Numbered from the stretch's first letter, positions 13,739 to 26,620 are shown. The stretch is 64,000 bases of DNA from Amoebidium appalachense (GCA_963693365.1 CAVNZM010000001.1:7952907-8016906), one strand, 5' to 3'. Notes: a model not told the origin generated them from the sequence alone. Translations and numbers: made by a program.

Positions 13739-14318
13739 TTTTTAATTTTATCCCGTTTCACTCCCGGCGAGGCACTGCCTCAGGGGAGCTTACCGTCTTC
13801 CGCCTAGACACAGATCGTACTGTATAGCACACTCATAAGTCAGGATTCTAATTGACCCCAACTGGCACTATTTTTAGTTACGCCTTATCCCACGGTTCTA
13901 GCCGCAGCAACGCTAGTGGGGAAGTGAGCACAGCTCACTTTAACAACACCAGCCGGGAGCGACCCGGGACACATACACAAACATAAAGACTTGAAAGGGG
14001 AAGACCCCATGCCCAGGACGCTGACCCGAACCGTGGCCGGTGATTCGTATTGGTCTCCCACTTGAACGTTGGGCTGGGATGCCCAAGCGGCGCGCCGTCG
14101 GCGTCAGAGGGCCGGTGCTGTTCATGACGTCATGTCTTGCGGCCGGATGATAACAAATTGGTGGTGCTGCTTGACGTGGTCTGGGGTGATGGCTTCTACT
14201 AGTGGGGCGGCCAGACCGGTGGACCGTCGAGGCAGAGAAAATCGGAAGTAACCAGGATCGATCCTGCGACTTTGAGCTTGACACGCAGAGATCTTACCAT
14301 TGCACCAACCCGCCCCCC
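13739..14318 (-). mobile_element. tRNA-derived SINE (~580 bp) inserted in Copia integrase
   Basis: 15-bp TSD TCCACGGCTGCCAAT (13724-13738 / 14319-14333). Minus-strand head has an A box TGGTGCAATGG (14307-14297) and a B-box-like GGATCGATCC (14264-14255). 3' stem-loop CTCCC-GAGGC/GCCTC-GGGAG and A-rich tail ATAAAATTAAAAA. Its removal restores INVTPSTAANGRTPFE. Confidence 0.82.
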
Positions 14319-16513
14319 TCCACGGCTGCCAATGGTCGTACTCCATTCGAGGTTTTCTACGGTGTCAAGCCTGACATCTCCGAGCTCAAAGTGTTTGGTT
14401 GCCCTGCCTACACTCATGTGCCAGCCTCTAAACGGAACAAGCTGGCGCCCACCGTCAAACTCGGCATGTATATTGGCTATGATCTTCAATCACACTGCCA
14501 CCGGATCTTCAACTCCACCACCAATCGTGTCGGCCTCTTCCGTGATGTGATTTTCGACGAATCAGTTTATCTCCCGTCCGAAATCCCATCAACACTCCCG
14601 AACCCCGACACCACTGCCACCTCGACCACCACACCCCCCACAGTTGACACTGAAGATGACGTTTGCCTGGTGTACTCTGGCCCCCCTCCTGCCGTTGTCG
14701 TTCCACCGACACCCCCCCCCCCCACCGGCCCCCCTGCTCCCGTGCCCGTCCAGCCTGCCGACATTCATCCTGCCCCTGGCAACGTCACCCCCATCCGACC
14801 CGGCTCCCCCGACAACTTCCACTCGGCCCCGTCAAGCCCGGAGGTTGCCCCCCCTGCAATTCCGAACTTCCATGTTCCCCCCCCCCTCCCCCGTCTCCAC
14901 CCCCCCCCGGTTCCTGAACCCTGTCGTTCTGCCCGTCTGCAAGGCAAGGTTGGCCTTCAAGCCACCACCACCCTGCCTGTTCCCCCCGGTCCTCCCATCA
15001 ACATCGACCGTGACCAACTACCCAAACTTGTCCGTCAACTGTGTTCCGGCCCCAATGGTGACCAGGTCAAGTCAGCCCTTACTGCTGAGTATCAAGCCTT
15101 CGTCGACAAAGACATCTTTGAACTCGTTGACCCTCCCCCTGGTGCTAACATCGTCGGATTCAAGTGGATTGTCTCTGAGAAAACTCTCAACTCGGCTGGT
15201 GACACCAAGATCAAGGCCCGTGGTGTTGCTCAAGGCTTCAGTCAGCAATACGGTGTTGACTATGAGTTGATTGAGAGCCCTGTCATCCGTCCGGCTGCTC
15301 TCCGTGCCATCCTAGTTCTGGCCGTTGTTGAAGGTCATGACATCCATCAACTCGACGTGTCTACGGCCTTTCTCAACAGCCCACTCACCGAGACCATCTA
15401 CATGAAACAGCCCCCGGGATTCATCACCATGGCCACCCTTGGCAAGGTCTGGAGACTCATTGACAAGAAAGCCCTGTATGGCCTCAAGCAAGCCTCCAAT
15501 GCCTGGTACGACTTCCTCGACGGTATTCTTCTTGCCCATGGCCTGACCCGTACTAAGACTGACCCGTGCATCTACCTCCGGTTCTTCCCCAACAACGATG
15601 TGGTCCGGGCTGGTAACTACGTCGACGACTCCACCATCACCAACACCCGGGGTTCTACTGCTGCCAGTGACCTGGCTGCCCACATCAGCAAGATGGCCAG
15701 CTGTCGTATGAGTCCATTTGACCGTATGCTCGGTGTTGATTTTAATCACTCCGATCCCCATCACCTACACATGCACCAGAGGTCTTACATCATGAATATC
15801 TTCCACGACTTCAACCTCACCGATGCCAAGTCCAAGTCTACCCCCATCCCTGCAGGCACCGTGACCACCGTCTCCCTGGCTGACTGCCCCCCCCAACCGT
15901 TCACCGTGCCCTACCGTGAGTTACTCGGCCGTCTTCTCTGGGTGGCACGGTGCACACGTCCCCGGGCCGACATTGCTTATGCCATCGGCTTCCTTGGTCG
16001 GTTCAGCACAAACCCCGGCAAGACTCACTGGGACCTTCTCCGTCGTGTGGCCCGGTACCTCCTCGGCACCATTGACCTTGGCATTGACTACAAGTACTCG
16101 GCCACCAAGCCCCCCATACTCGAGTGCTACACGGATGCTGACTTTGCTGGTTGTGCTGACAGCAAGAAGTCTACCACGGTGACCGGTTACATCATCGAGT
16201 TTGCTGGTATGCCCATCATCTGGTACTCCAAGCTCCAGCGCTAGCCCATCACGGCCAGAAACTTGCGTATGGGTTCTATCTTTACTATATGTGGCCGGTC
16301 CAGTGCCCGCCATTGCCAGAAGTTCTGTGGCTCATGCTGCAGTCGGGTCGGTTCGCTGTCAGTGGAGAAATGATGACAGCTGGGTATGGGAAAGCATTTG
16401 ATGCCGAGCGAGAGGTTGGGAATTTTGGGATTGCGAACCATCCACCGTCCATACACACGAGGGAAGATGTGGTTCGGATGTTTTTGATCATGGGGGGTCG
16501 CAGTGCGTATACT

Positions 16514-18128
16514 ATGGGTCGGCTACTGGAAGCTATGTTTAGGTTTACACGCGGACGAGCGGTGGTTAATGGGCGGCTATCCCCAGGGTTTACCCGCACG
16601 CGCGGGGTACTTCAAGGGTCCCTGCTAAGCCCTCTTCTTTTCAACCTGTATATTGATAATTTAGCCGACGCTCTTTCTGCGGCACAAATTGACGGGGGGT
16701 TGCCATCCCAGGCTCCCCCCGCTCTCTTTTTTGCCGACGATATTGTGCTTATGTCATCCGATCCTCTCGAACTACGGCAATACATTCGTGTGGTTGAACA
16801 TTGGTGCCAGCGCAACGATATGCAGATTAATGTCAAAAAGTGTGCCCTTTTATCCAAATCGATACCGGCATGGGACGACGTTTGTATTTTCGGCAGTCCC
16901 CTCCCTCGCCCAATCGAATACAAGTATTTGGGGATTCCGGTGGACGAATGGGGCATATGTTTCAAACGGATGATCGACCGTCGGGTGGAGAGTGCAGGCA
17001 GGTGTCTTCGGTTATTTAGGGATGTGTATCTTGCTACTCTTTCTCATACTGTCCACCTATACAATCGTCTTAGTATATTTCGCACATATATTCGCCCTTT
17101 GTCTGAATACGGGTTGCCCTTACTAGCTATGGCACCCCCTGATACTGTTACTAATGTCCTCAAATCAATAGATGATTTCCACTACACAACTTGTTGTACG
17201 TTTCTCACTGGTCTTTCCACACCTATCCCTAGACGCCTTTTTGATTCTCTCTACGCACTCACACCACCATCACAACGCGTACACGAATTAGCCCTTAAAT
17301 TTCACGAGCACCGTGACATCACCCGCCTGTCCGCTTGTGCCCCGGACCACCCGCTCTTGCGGCTACACGCATCCCCGTCGGACTCGCCCCTCTACCTCTT
17401 CCCTTCCCTATCGTCTCTGCCCATTGCCGAGCGTTTTGTGGAATGGCTGGCGACCCCCCCGGAGGTACAGCTAGATCATAGTGTGAATATGAATAGTTTC
17501 AAGTCTATGGCTGATAGATATCTTTTTACTCTACGTGTTGAGTCCCTTCCGGTGTTAGGACCGCAAAAACACCAACTACTAGTAGCCTATATGGCGGATA
17601 CGGTTAGAGAGTCTCGTTCATACATAGATTCGTTTATTCGTAATGTGGTGTGGTGTAAAAACGCAAAGATGATTATGGATTGGCGGTGTAATCGGTTTCT
17701 GGTGTCTCCTGCTCGTATGTGTAATATGTGTGGGGGGCGGTTTACTCGCGGCTGCATATTATCTATCAATAAGTGCAACCTGTTAGCTAACGTATTAGAA
17801 CCGGAGGTTATTGGCGGTTTTATTCTCTTTTCTTCCTCTCTTCCTCAATATATCCGTTTTAAGATGACTATCCTAGATCACCTTATTAATGCTGCACAGT
17901 ATGATATTGTGACCCGGTGCCTTAACTTTCTTTCGGAGCTACCGATGCTAGCCTCTGCTTACCCATAATATGTAATAGGGGTGTCAGATACTACGATGGC
18001 GCTCATTGTTGCCTAGCATGTACATATGTCACTGGCTGCATTTGATTGGCTGTGCTGGAAAACGCAGTAGGCCGTCGAATGTGGCTGGGCCTCCGGCAGT
18101 GTCCACGCAATAAAAAGTGTGTAAACCC
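16514..18128 (+). mobile_element. Non-LTR (LINE-type) retrotransposon, copy 2, 5'-truncated, inverted relative to copy 1
   Basis: Near-identical reverse complement of 7861-9487. Frame open from MGRLLEAMF to the stop at 17968 (RGVLQGSLLSP, FADD, YKYLG). Identity ends at ...AATAAAAAGTGTGTAAACCC. Confidence 0.9.
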
Positions 18129-19504
18129 TATATATATTGAGTCCTTGTTGGAAGCGGCGAGAAACACACATGGAACTTATCGGGACGTCATGAGGTACTG
18201 TGCCGACGTTCGAAGACAGAGAAAGATGGATGTGGTTCAGGACACGCAATGGATACCGCCAAGTGATATCACGGCCAAGTATGCCTATCGTTTGGACCGG
18301 ACGTGCACTATCATCCTTACGATTGCCAGCAACAGGAGGATTTTGTAGAACGAGATGGACATATTTTCGCCAAAGTGCAAGAAGACTCTGGGAGTGAAGC
18401 AATGGATTGGTCAGACAACGATCACCAATCGTGAGTCGTTTGTTAACAATTGCATGCGTAGTAGGCATTAGTTATACTGCCAGACATTAGACAGAACGTG
18501 TTTTCAAACTTTTGGCAGGCAGCTGATGTATTGATCCCGTGTTGTACGCTGAGTGGGGTGTAGATGCAGTATTGTGTAGCTTTAGTTTTGGATTGGCTTG
18601 CAGGGTCATGGCAAGGCAAAAGACCCGTAGGGGCTCCCTATCGTAAAAACGATTTTTTTGAATTTCCTTATATGGGCAATCCGATCGAACCGGATTCGAT
18701 CTCGACCAATCATAAATACCCGTGGACAAAGTTTTCCTCTACTACACGTAGGGGCTCCCTATCGTTCGTAAAGTTCAACCCATGGTAATGTTCACGCCTC
18801 ATTCCCTGAAGGGGAGAGGTGGTCTGAACAATAAAGCTGATGCGTCTCAGGGTCTCCTGTAAACATCTGTACACGCCGTACATGTTTACTATTACGAATA
18901 TACTGTACATATCATAGTGATCACGTAGATATTGTGTACATATGATCAGATCAATATCACACGCGACAGCCGCGGGCTGCGGCTCACGACTGAGCCGCGG
19001 CGCCGGCAATATGCAGTGGCCGTGCAGTCAGTATGAACCAATAGAATTCGAGAACCGCTAGGATAGGAATGCAAGTCTCATCCACTACGGAGGCGACATC
19101 TATAGCTAAACGAACGGAACCAATAAGGAAATCAGACCCAGTTGCATAAACCTAAACGGGCTTAAGTATTGACCAATCATTTGCCACAAAGTTATCCTTT
19201 TAGTTAGCTTCATGTTATTGGTGCACTGTGTGCACATAAAGACGACCGCACTCTTCTGACTGGTCAGAAGTCACGAAGGCATCAATGCCACCCATCCAGA
19301 TGATCCGGAACCTGGGGGCTATATAAACAAGCCGTCCCAGTACGGGGGATCACTCTGAACGAGCACATTAAATAGTAACCTGGCCGCGTGTGCCTTACTA
19401 CCCGTTCTCTGTCTTTATTCTGATTCAGTTGTTCTCTGCCTTATCCCAACTAGTTCAACTGTTTACATCTCCCCAAAGTCATAATAACGTTGTATTATAC
19501 CACA
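18129..19504 (+). mobile_element. Probable 3' remnant of a Gypsy/chromovirus-like LTR element: degenerate chromodomain-like coding stretch, PPT, 3' LTR ~18819-19504
   Basis: YIESLLEA...DTQWIPPSDI is chromodomain-like. Polypurine GAAGGGGAGAG (18808-18818) is followed by GTGGT...; the region ends TATACCACA (inverted-repeat termini). It contains several CCAAT boxes and CTATATAAA (~19319). Confidence 0.5.
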
Positions 19505-19884
19505 ATGGGTTTTTTGCACTCCCTATACATTCATTCAACACACGACACAAACTTTGTGACAACATGAATAAAAGCCACGTGCACACATCTAGCGCAAACA
19601 GAAGTTCTTTCTACCCCCGGTTATGTATGTGCCGTATGCCCTCCATGACCATTTCCCCGACCCTTCAAGGAGTTCCCTCCCAAATACCTGACAGAGGCTC
19701 AAAACTCGGTTTGCCCTTTCATCTGCAACCGACTTTGACCCCCTCACCAAACGGTACTATCACAGCGTTGGGTTGATCTTTCTTAGTTTAGATACCTTGC
19801 TCTAAGTTTGTCAACGTTACACCCTGGCCCTTGGTTGTTGAAACTGTTGGAGGGTAGCCGATGGGATCATGGAACAATTTGCCC

Positions 19885-19943
<59 letters not shown>

Positions 19944-20465
19944 CACCACCACCACCACCACCCCCCACCTTGATTCCGGGGAGCCCTAGACCCATTGATG
20001 CATCCCACCAGCTACCCTCCAACAGAGTCAACAACCAAAAAGTATATCCTGAAGCCATTAATTAAATTTAAATTTCCGTGGTAGTAATATTGTTAAAAAA
20101 AAATAATAATAAAAATAAAAAGGTGGGGAAAGGGAGAGGGGGGGGGAGAGGGGGGAGGTTACGCCTGCATGTGGCACTGTGTACCTGTGTGTGCGCCCGT
20201 GTACAACTGTGCACGTGCATATGTGGTACCGGTACGTGCCCTCATACGGCCACAATAATGTCTTTGAGTTCGTATTCTTTTGAAGTTTTTTTTTGTTTGA
20301 AATAAAACAATTTGTTTTCGAAAGTAATTTTTGCCTTTGACCATATGCACGTATGTGCACAAATAAAATGTCATATATACTCTTTCAAAGTAACGCGGTA
20401 AACTAAAAAGCAAAACTGTAACAGACGGAAGCTACGGAGTGTTTTTTACTATCTAATCAAGCTGT

Positions 20466-20497
<32 letters not shown>

Positions 20498-20995
20498 ACG
20501 TGTGTGACTGTGTGGCTACATGTGTGCGCGCGCGCGTGTGTGCGTGTGCGTGAGTGAGTGAGTGTATGTGTGCTTTGTGTGTGTGTGTGTGTCTGTGTGT
20601 GTCTCTGTGTGTGTGTGTGCGTGCGGGTGTCTGTGTGTGTGGCTGTGCGTGTGTGTGTGTGTGTGCACGCCCGTCTGTGTGAAGGTGCATGTGGATTAAG
20701 ACACCCGTGTATATGCTTATAAAAGAAGTGCCCAAATTCGTGCCTTCAGACATTTGTTCGTGCACGTGCAAATGCATATACCTATGTTTGTGTGCCTGTT
20801 GCTCAAGCCTAGTAAAAGCTTATGATTTCTAATCCTAGCGGTTCCGTCCCCCCCCCCCCCCCCCCCCCCCCCCCCGCCCCGCGGGGGATACGCCAAGGTA
20901 TGCCTCACGGCAGGAAAACAACACCAGCAAAAATCCCACACAGAGAGGTGGAAGAGGACGGATGGGACGGAGGGTCCCTTAGTAAAGAGGAGTGT

Positions 20996-21045
<50 letters not shown>

Positions 21046-21227
21046 GGGGGGGATGAAATAAGAAGAGAATCAAATACCGTTCAAGCACAAACCCATACAT
21101 AAACAGGAATCTAAAGAACTAAAAAACTAAAAGCGGTATGGCCGCACAGATACCAATCCCTCTCACCCCATGTATGTATATACATATGCCAATTGTTCCA
21201 TATATGGCGGTATTACCATATATGGTG

Positions 21228-21698
21228 CTATTGGTATGCGGTCCTCAGTCTGGAAAGTTCCACGGCAATCTCTGCTGCCTGCAGCCATCACCCCCACCAG
21301 TCAGCACACAAACCAATGTCTGTGACTCTCGCTCACATCCCCCCCCCCCCCAAACACACACACACACACACACATCCACGTACACACACACACACCCCAC
21401 CACCACCACCACCACCACCACCACCACCACCACCACCACCACCACAACAACAACAACACCAACAAAAAACAAAATTAAAAAAATCAAACACACATGCCTG
21501 CACAAAACCCCATTACCGTGTACTTAGGAGGAAAGAAACAAGGGGGAAAAAAAAGAAACGAAAAATCAAAGGATGCACACACCACCCCGCCGGCACAACC
21601 ACCACCACCACCTTTAGACCTCCATCCCCTCCACCATTCATACAACAAGAAAAGATCACAATCTGAAAAAGACAACTTTCTCAAAAAAAAAAAAAAAA

Positions 21699-21744
<46 letters not shown>

Positions 21745-23110
21745 CATGCTACCTCCACCACCACCACCCACGTATCCACCGTGTACACCCACAAACACCA
21801 GTAACAATCACCAACAGCTCTCCCCCCTCCCACCAACCCACCCCTCTCTCTCCTTTCCCCACGGGTCGAAAGAGGCGAGGGAGGGAGAGGGGGAGGGGGG
21901 GAGCGGGGAGGGAGAGGGGGGGAGAAGGAGGGAAAAGGGAAGATAGTCTAAAAAATACCTTTGTGACGTTGTATTTCAGCAGTTCGGCGGTGGCCAATGG
22001 GAGGTCGATCTTCATCAGTTCGTTGGATCGGTTGAGGAGGAAGTTGGTCAGCTCGTAGCCCTTGACCTGTGCGGGTGTATGTGTGTACGTGTATGTGTGT
22101 TCGTGTATGTGTGTACGTGTATGTGTGTACGTGTATGTGTGTACGTGTATGTGTGTACGTGTATGTGTGTACGTGTATGTGTGTACGTGTATGTGTGTAC
22201 GTGTATGTGTGTACATGTGATGTGTGTACGTGTATGTGTGAATGTGACTGCGAGTGTGTGTGCATGTGTTTGTGTGTAGGTATGTGTGTGTGTGAGCGAG
22301 TGAACAAGTGAGCGAGTGAACGAGTGGCGCGCGCGCGTGCACGCACACGTGTGCGCACATTGTGTGCCCTTGTGCATGGGAACATGTTGTCGGCAATGTA
22401 ATAATGGGTTAAGTATGGGTGTATGGGTTGATAGGTGTGGGCATTCTGAACACGTGTACATGCTGACAGACATGCGCCAAATATCGACCAAGTCACTTCC
22501 TTGTCGAACCCACACAAACCATTCAATCACACCAATCAGCTTTAGCACGACCCGCTACCCTATATTTCTTGAACCAGGGTAAGGGATCAATCCGGAAATC
22601 AGCCGATGAAAAACCAGAACAAATCCAATAAAACCCCAATGGATATGGACTGAAACGGAAAATACAGTCCCTATTAATAGTGGAGATACAAAACCGGTAT
22701 GAGCAAACACGAGTGAGCGTGGGGGAGAGGAGGAGGGGAGGGGGGGGGAGGGGGGGGGGGAGGGGGGAAGGGGGGAAGGTACATGAGACTCCACGAAGAT
22801 TCACAACAAATGCCTGTGCAGATTCAGGGAAAAAAAAAAAAAAAAAGGAAGCATGAAAGGAACATGCAAAGGCGACCAAGCCATCCACAATTTGTGATCG
22901 GCAGAGAGCGGTGCAGGGGGAAAGGGGGGGGGGGGGGGGGGGGGGAGGAAGAGGGAGAGAGAGAGGGAGAAAGAGGGAGAAGGAGAGAGGGAAAGGAGGG
23001 AGGGGTAGGGAGGGAGGAAGGGAGACCGACAGAGAGAGAAAGAGTGTGTGTGTGTGTTTGGGGAGGGTATGTGTGTGTGTGTGTGTGTGTGTGTTTGGAG
23101 GGTGGTGAAA

Positions 23111-23146
<36 letters not shown>

Positions 23147-23260
23147 AGTTGCACGTACGTCCTCATACTCAGACTCAGCCAGTGCCTGGTCGACTGCCCC
23201 CTTGAACTTGGCTGGGTCCACTGCTACACCCTCGGGGGGTGGCACGGCAATAAGGGTGCC

Positions 23261-23330
<70 letters not shown>

Positions 23331-25080
23331 TGTGTGTGTGCGTGTGCGTGTGTGCGTGTGTGCGTGTATGTGTGTGCGTGTGCATGTATGATGTGTGAGT
23401 GTATGTGCACATGTGCGTATCCACAAGTATGTGTGCACGTGCAAATGTGCATATGTGGTGAGAAACTGTGTGAATGTGCCTGAAAAGTGTGTGATTGGGC
23501 ATGAGTACATGCAGTTGCATGGTGTGAGTCAGTTAGAAATTTGGTGGTAATGACGTGTCCACGAAACAAAACACGTGTGGTAATTAATGGCGAGTGTTTG
23601 TGCGTACGTGTGGATACAATTATGCCTGTTCGCGTATGGATGGCAGGGTGTACTTGTGCATTGGAGTTTTCATGTCTGCACTAGATGGATGCTAGTGTAT
23701 GTTAAAACTTACGTAGGAGAACCCTTCGTGACCGTCCCACACGAATATGCTACACACGCACAAATACTGGTGTTGAAGTATTGTGGCCTAGTGTCTTGGG
23801 CTGTGACGTGGAAGGAGCGCAATAAGAGTGGTAAAGATGAAGGGGAGAGGGCAGGGAAGAGAGGGCGGGGCAGGGGAGGGGGGGGGGGGGGGGGGAGTCC
23901 TACTCGTAACCGATCAAGAATGTACACATTCAGGACTGACGACACAAGGGAGGTTTTGTAGATCACACACAGGGGGGTAAAAGAAATTGACAGAGCGCCG
24001 GGGTAAGAGGACAAGCAGGTCATAAGATGAGAAGGCATGGGTCATGCAGGTGGCTTTTCCTTTCCTTCTTTGGTCTTTCCTCGCGTCACCTCTCTTTCTT
24101 TCTTACTTCTTCTTCTTCCTCCTCTTCTTCTTTTTTTTTGTGTGCGTGTGTGCGTGTGTTTTGGGGGGGATGTGTTACAGAGTACGAAGAATACATTTAC
24201 AACGGATAACAAATTGTTGAGTACAAACCACACATAAAGAGTACGCATGAAGAGCAAGGCACATTTCCAAGGATTCTGTGTCTGTGTGTGTGTGTCCCGG
24301 GGGGGGGGGGGGGGGGGGGGTCACGTACGTTTTCAAGCCCAGGCGCAGGTGAGCATCGATGAGTTTTGCAAATTCGGAGGGGTTTTCGAGGTGGGTGGTG
24401 CTATTGGCCCCACTGGTGGCACAGATGGTGATGGGGAAATCGTCCGTGTCACCAAACGTCACCGTCGTGGCACCCTGAAATTTCGGGGAAAAGGGGGGGT
24501 TATAATGTGCCATTACTAATATTATTTGGTACGGGAAAGAGAGGGTCTGGCCATTAGTGCTTCTGTTTTTAAAGGGGGGGGGGGGAGGGGGGGGAGGAGG
24601 GGGGGACAGGGAGGGAGATGGAGAGGGGGGAGGGGGGGGGAGCGAAGGGGAGGATGGGCGGGGGGAAGAGGGGGGGGGGGGGGGGGGGAGGGGAGGACAG
24701 CCGATCCAGGAGGAGAAGCAGGGTGAGAGGGAAGAGAGAGATGAGGGGAACCAAGGGGGGGGGGGGGGGGGGGGGGGGTTCTACAAACCTGTGTTTCCAA
24801 AAATTCGACCGTGCGTAGAGCGTCCAGGGTAGGCAAGATACCCGAACACACCACAGCCACGGGTGTACGGCCCAGCTCAGTCAGGTCACTGCTGATGTCC
24901 AGTGTGTCCTCCCCACCCCGTTGGACCCCCCCCACACCCACGGTGGCAAGAATGGGAATACCGGATAGATCTGCATGGGAGAGTGGAAAATGTGAGTGTA
25001 AGGTGGGGTGATGTACAGAGTGTCCTCCCCACCCGGTTGGGACACTCCCTACTTTCCCCTACTCCCCTCCCCGCGCCCCC

Positions 25081-25111
<31 letters not shown>

Positions 25112-26087
25112 AAGAGCGGAGCGCGCGTGTGCGCGCGCATGTGTGTGTGTGTGTGTGTGTGCTTGTGCGTATGTGTGTGTGTGTGTTCTTGTCGTGTGTA
25201 TGTGTGTTTGTGTGTGTGTGTGTGTACATTAATGTGTGGGTGTGGTGCGTGCCTGAGTAAACTTGCTTGTGTGTGCATCTGTCCATCTCCCCCCTCCGCC
25301 CCCCCCCCCCCAACCCTCCTCCCTACTATCTGTGAAGGTGCGAGCCTTGCTCTCTCTCTCTCTCTCTCTCTCCCCCCCCCCCCCCCCCCCCCCCCCCCCA
25401 ACACACACACACACACATCCACTGCCCCCCACCTTCCCCCCCACCCACCCACACCCACACACCCATCCCCACCCACCCACCCATCTATTCAACCGCCCCC
25501 CACCCATCCCCCCACCCACCCAAACCCCCCTCCCCTGCCCATACCCATTCTCCCCTTCCCCCCCCCAACCCTTCCCCCCAAACAAACAAACAAAAAAAAA
25601 GCACACCCACCCAACCACCACCCCACCTATCCCCCCCTACCACCCCCACGCGCACGCACATACCCCCTTCCCTCCCAGCCACCCAACCATCTCCATCCCT
25701 CCCTCCCCCACCTCCCCCTCCTCCTTTCCCCCCCCCCCACACACACACACCACCACCACCACCACCACCACCACCACACACATACGCACCAGCCAGTGCC
25801 ATTGAAGCAGACACTGTTGTAGCGCCCATTGTTCCCTTTGCAATCACAAGTGCCATGTCCCGCTTGGACACCTGGAAACCCAAAAACCCAGCCATTAGCC
25901 TAAATTGACGCATGCATGTTCAAATCCTTCCCCCCTCACCCCCCTCCCCCCCCCCCCCCCCCCCCACCACCACCACCACCACCTTCCCCCCCCCCCCCAC
26001 CACCACCACCACCACCACCACCGCCGCCACCACCGCCACCACCCACCCCCACCCACACGACCTTCCCCCCCCCCCTCCCCCCCCCCC

Positions 26088-26120
<33 letters not shown>

Positions 26121-26565
26121 CACCACCACCGTTGCAATTGGCACCCCCCCCCCCCCTTTTCTTCTCAACTACATGCATCCGTCTTCACAATATTGCAGAT
26201 TCTTTTGTACTTCTCTCGACCTATCAGTAGACTCCCTTCCCACCCACCCCTTCCGCCCTTCCTAGATCTTACCATTACTCTGAATCCCCAACTCTCGCAC
26301 CCACTTTGGCTCAATTATGCCCCCCTCTCCCCCTCCAAACTACACCCAAACACCCACACACGACACCCATACCCCCCCCCCCCCCCCCCCCCCCCAACAA
26401 ACACACACACACACACACACACCAACCCAACCAACCAACCAGTCACACCACCTTCCCCACCCATCCATCCCACCCTCACACCCTCCCAAACCCCCACCCC
26501 CACCCACAAACCCCCCCCCCCCCCCTTCCCCCCCCCTTCCCCCCCACTCCCCCCCCCATCCCCCC

Positions 26566-26620
<55 letters not shown>

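Larger units (their letters stand above)
9819..16241 (+). mobile_element. Ty1/Copia LTR retrotransposon (5' LTR, PBS, gag-pol); 3'-truncated inside RNase H, with two nested insertions
   Basis: Domain order gag-PR-IN-RT-RH is diagnostic of Copia. LTR and PBS lie upstream; no 3' LTR found. Confidence 0.92.
10809..16241 (+). pseudogene. Copia gag-pol polyprotein (disrupted)
   Basis: Gag MDPNKTG..RLVDVV|LADNYV is rejoined in frame by removing 10962-11702. Frameshift near 11930. Zn knuckle CSYCHEPDHKIIDC; protease AWDSGC; WHHRLGH..CHGC; integrase WDF..FDSGSEF..NGYVERR; RT HQLDVSTAFLN, KALYGLKQA, YVDD; RNase H YTDADFAG, cut after WYSKLQR. Confidence 0.9.

Noticed and set aside
13750-13790. Hammerhead-like CTGAGG...GAAAC at the SINE 3' end (minus strand)
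   Set aside because: The core reads CUGAGGC rather than CUGANGA, and the sequence folds better as a simple nested stem-loop.
14245-14318. Functional tRNA gene
   Set aside because: Acceptor and anticodon stems pair poorly and it is the head of a TSD-flanked insertion, so it is called a SINE head.
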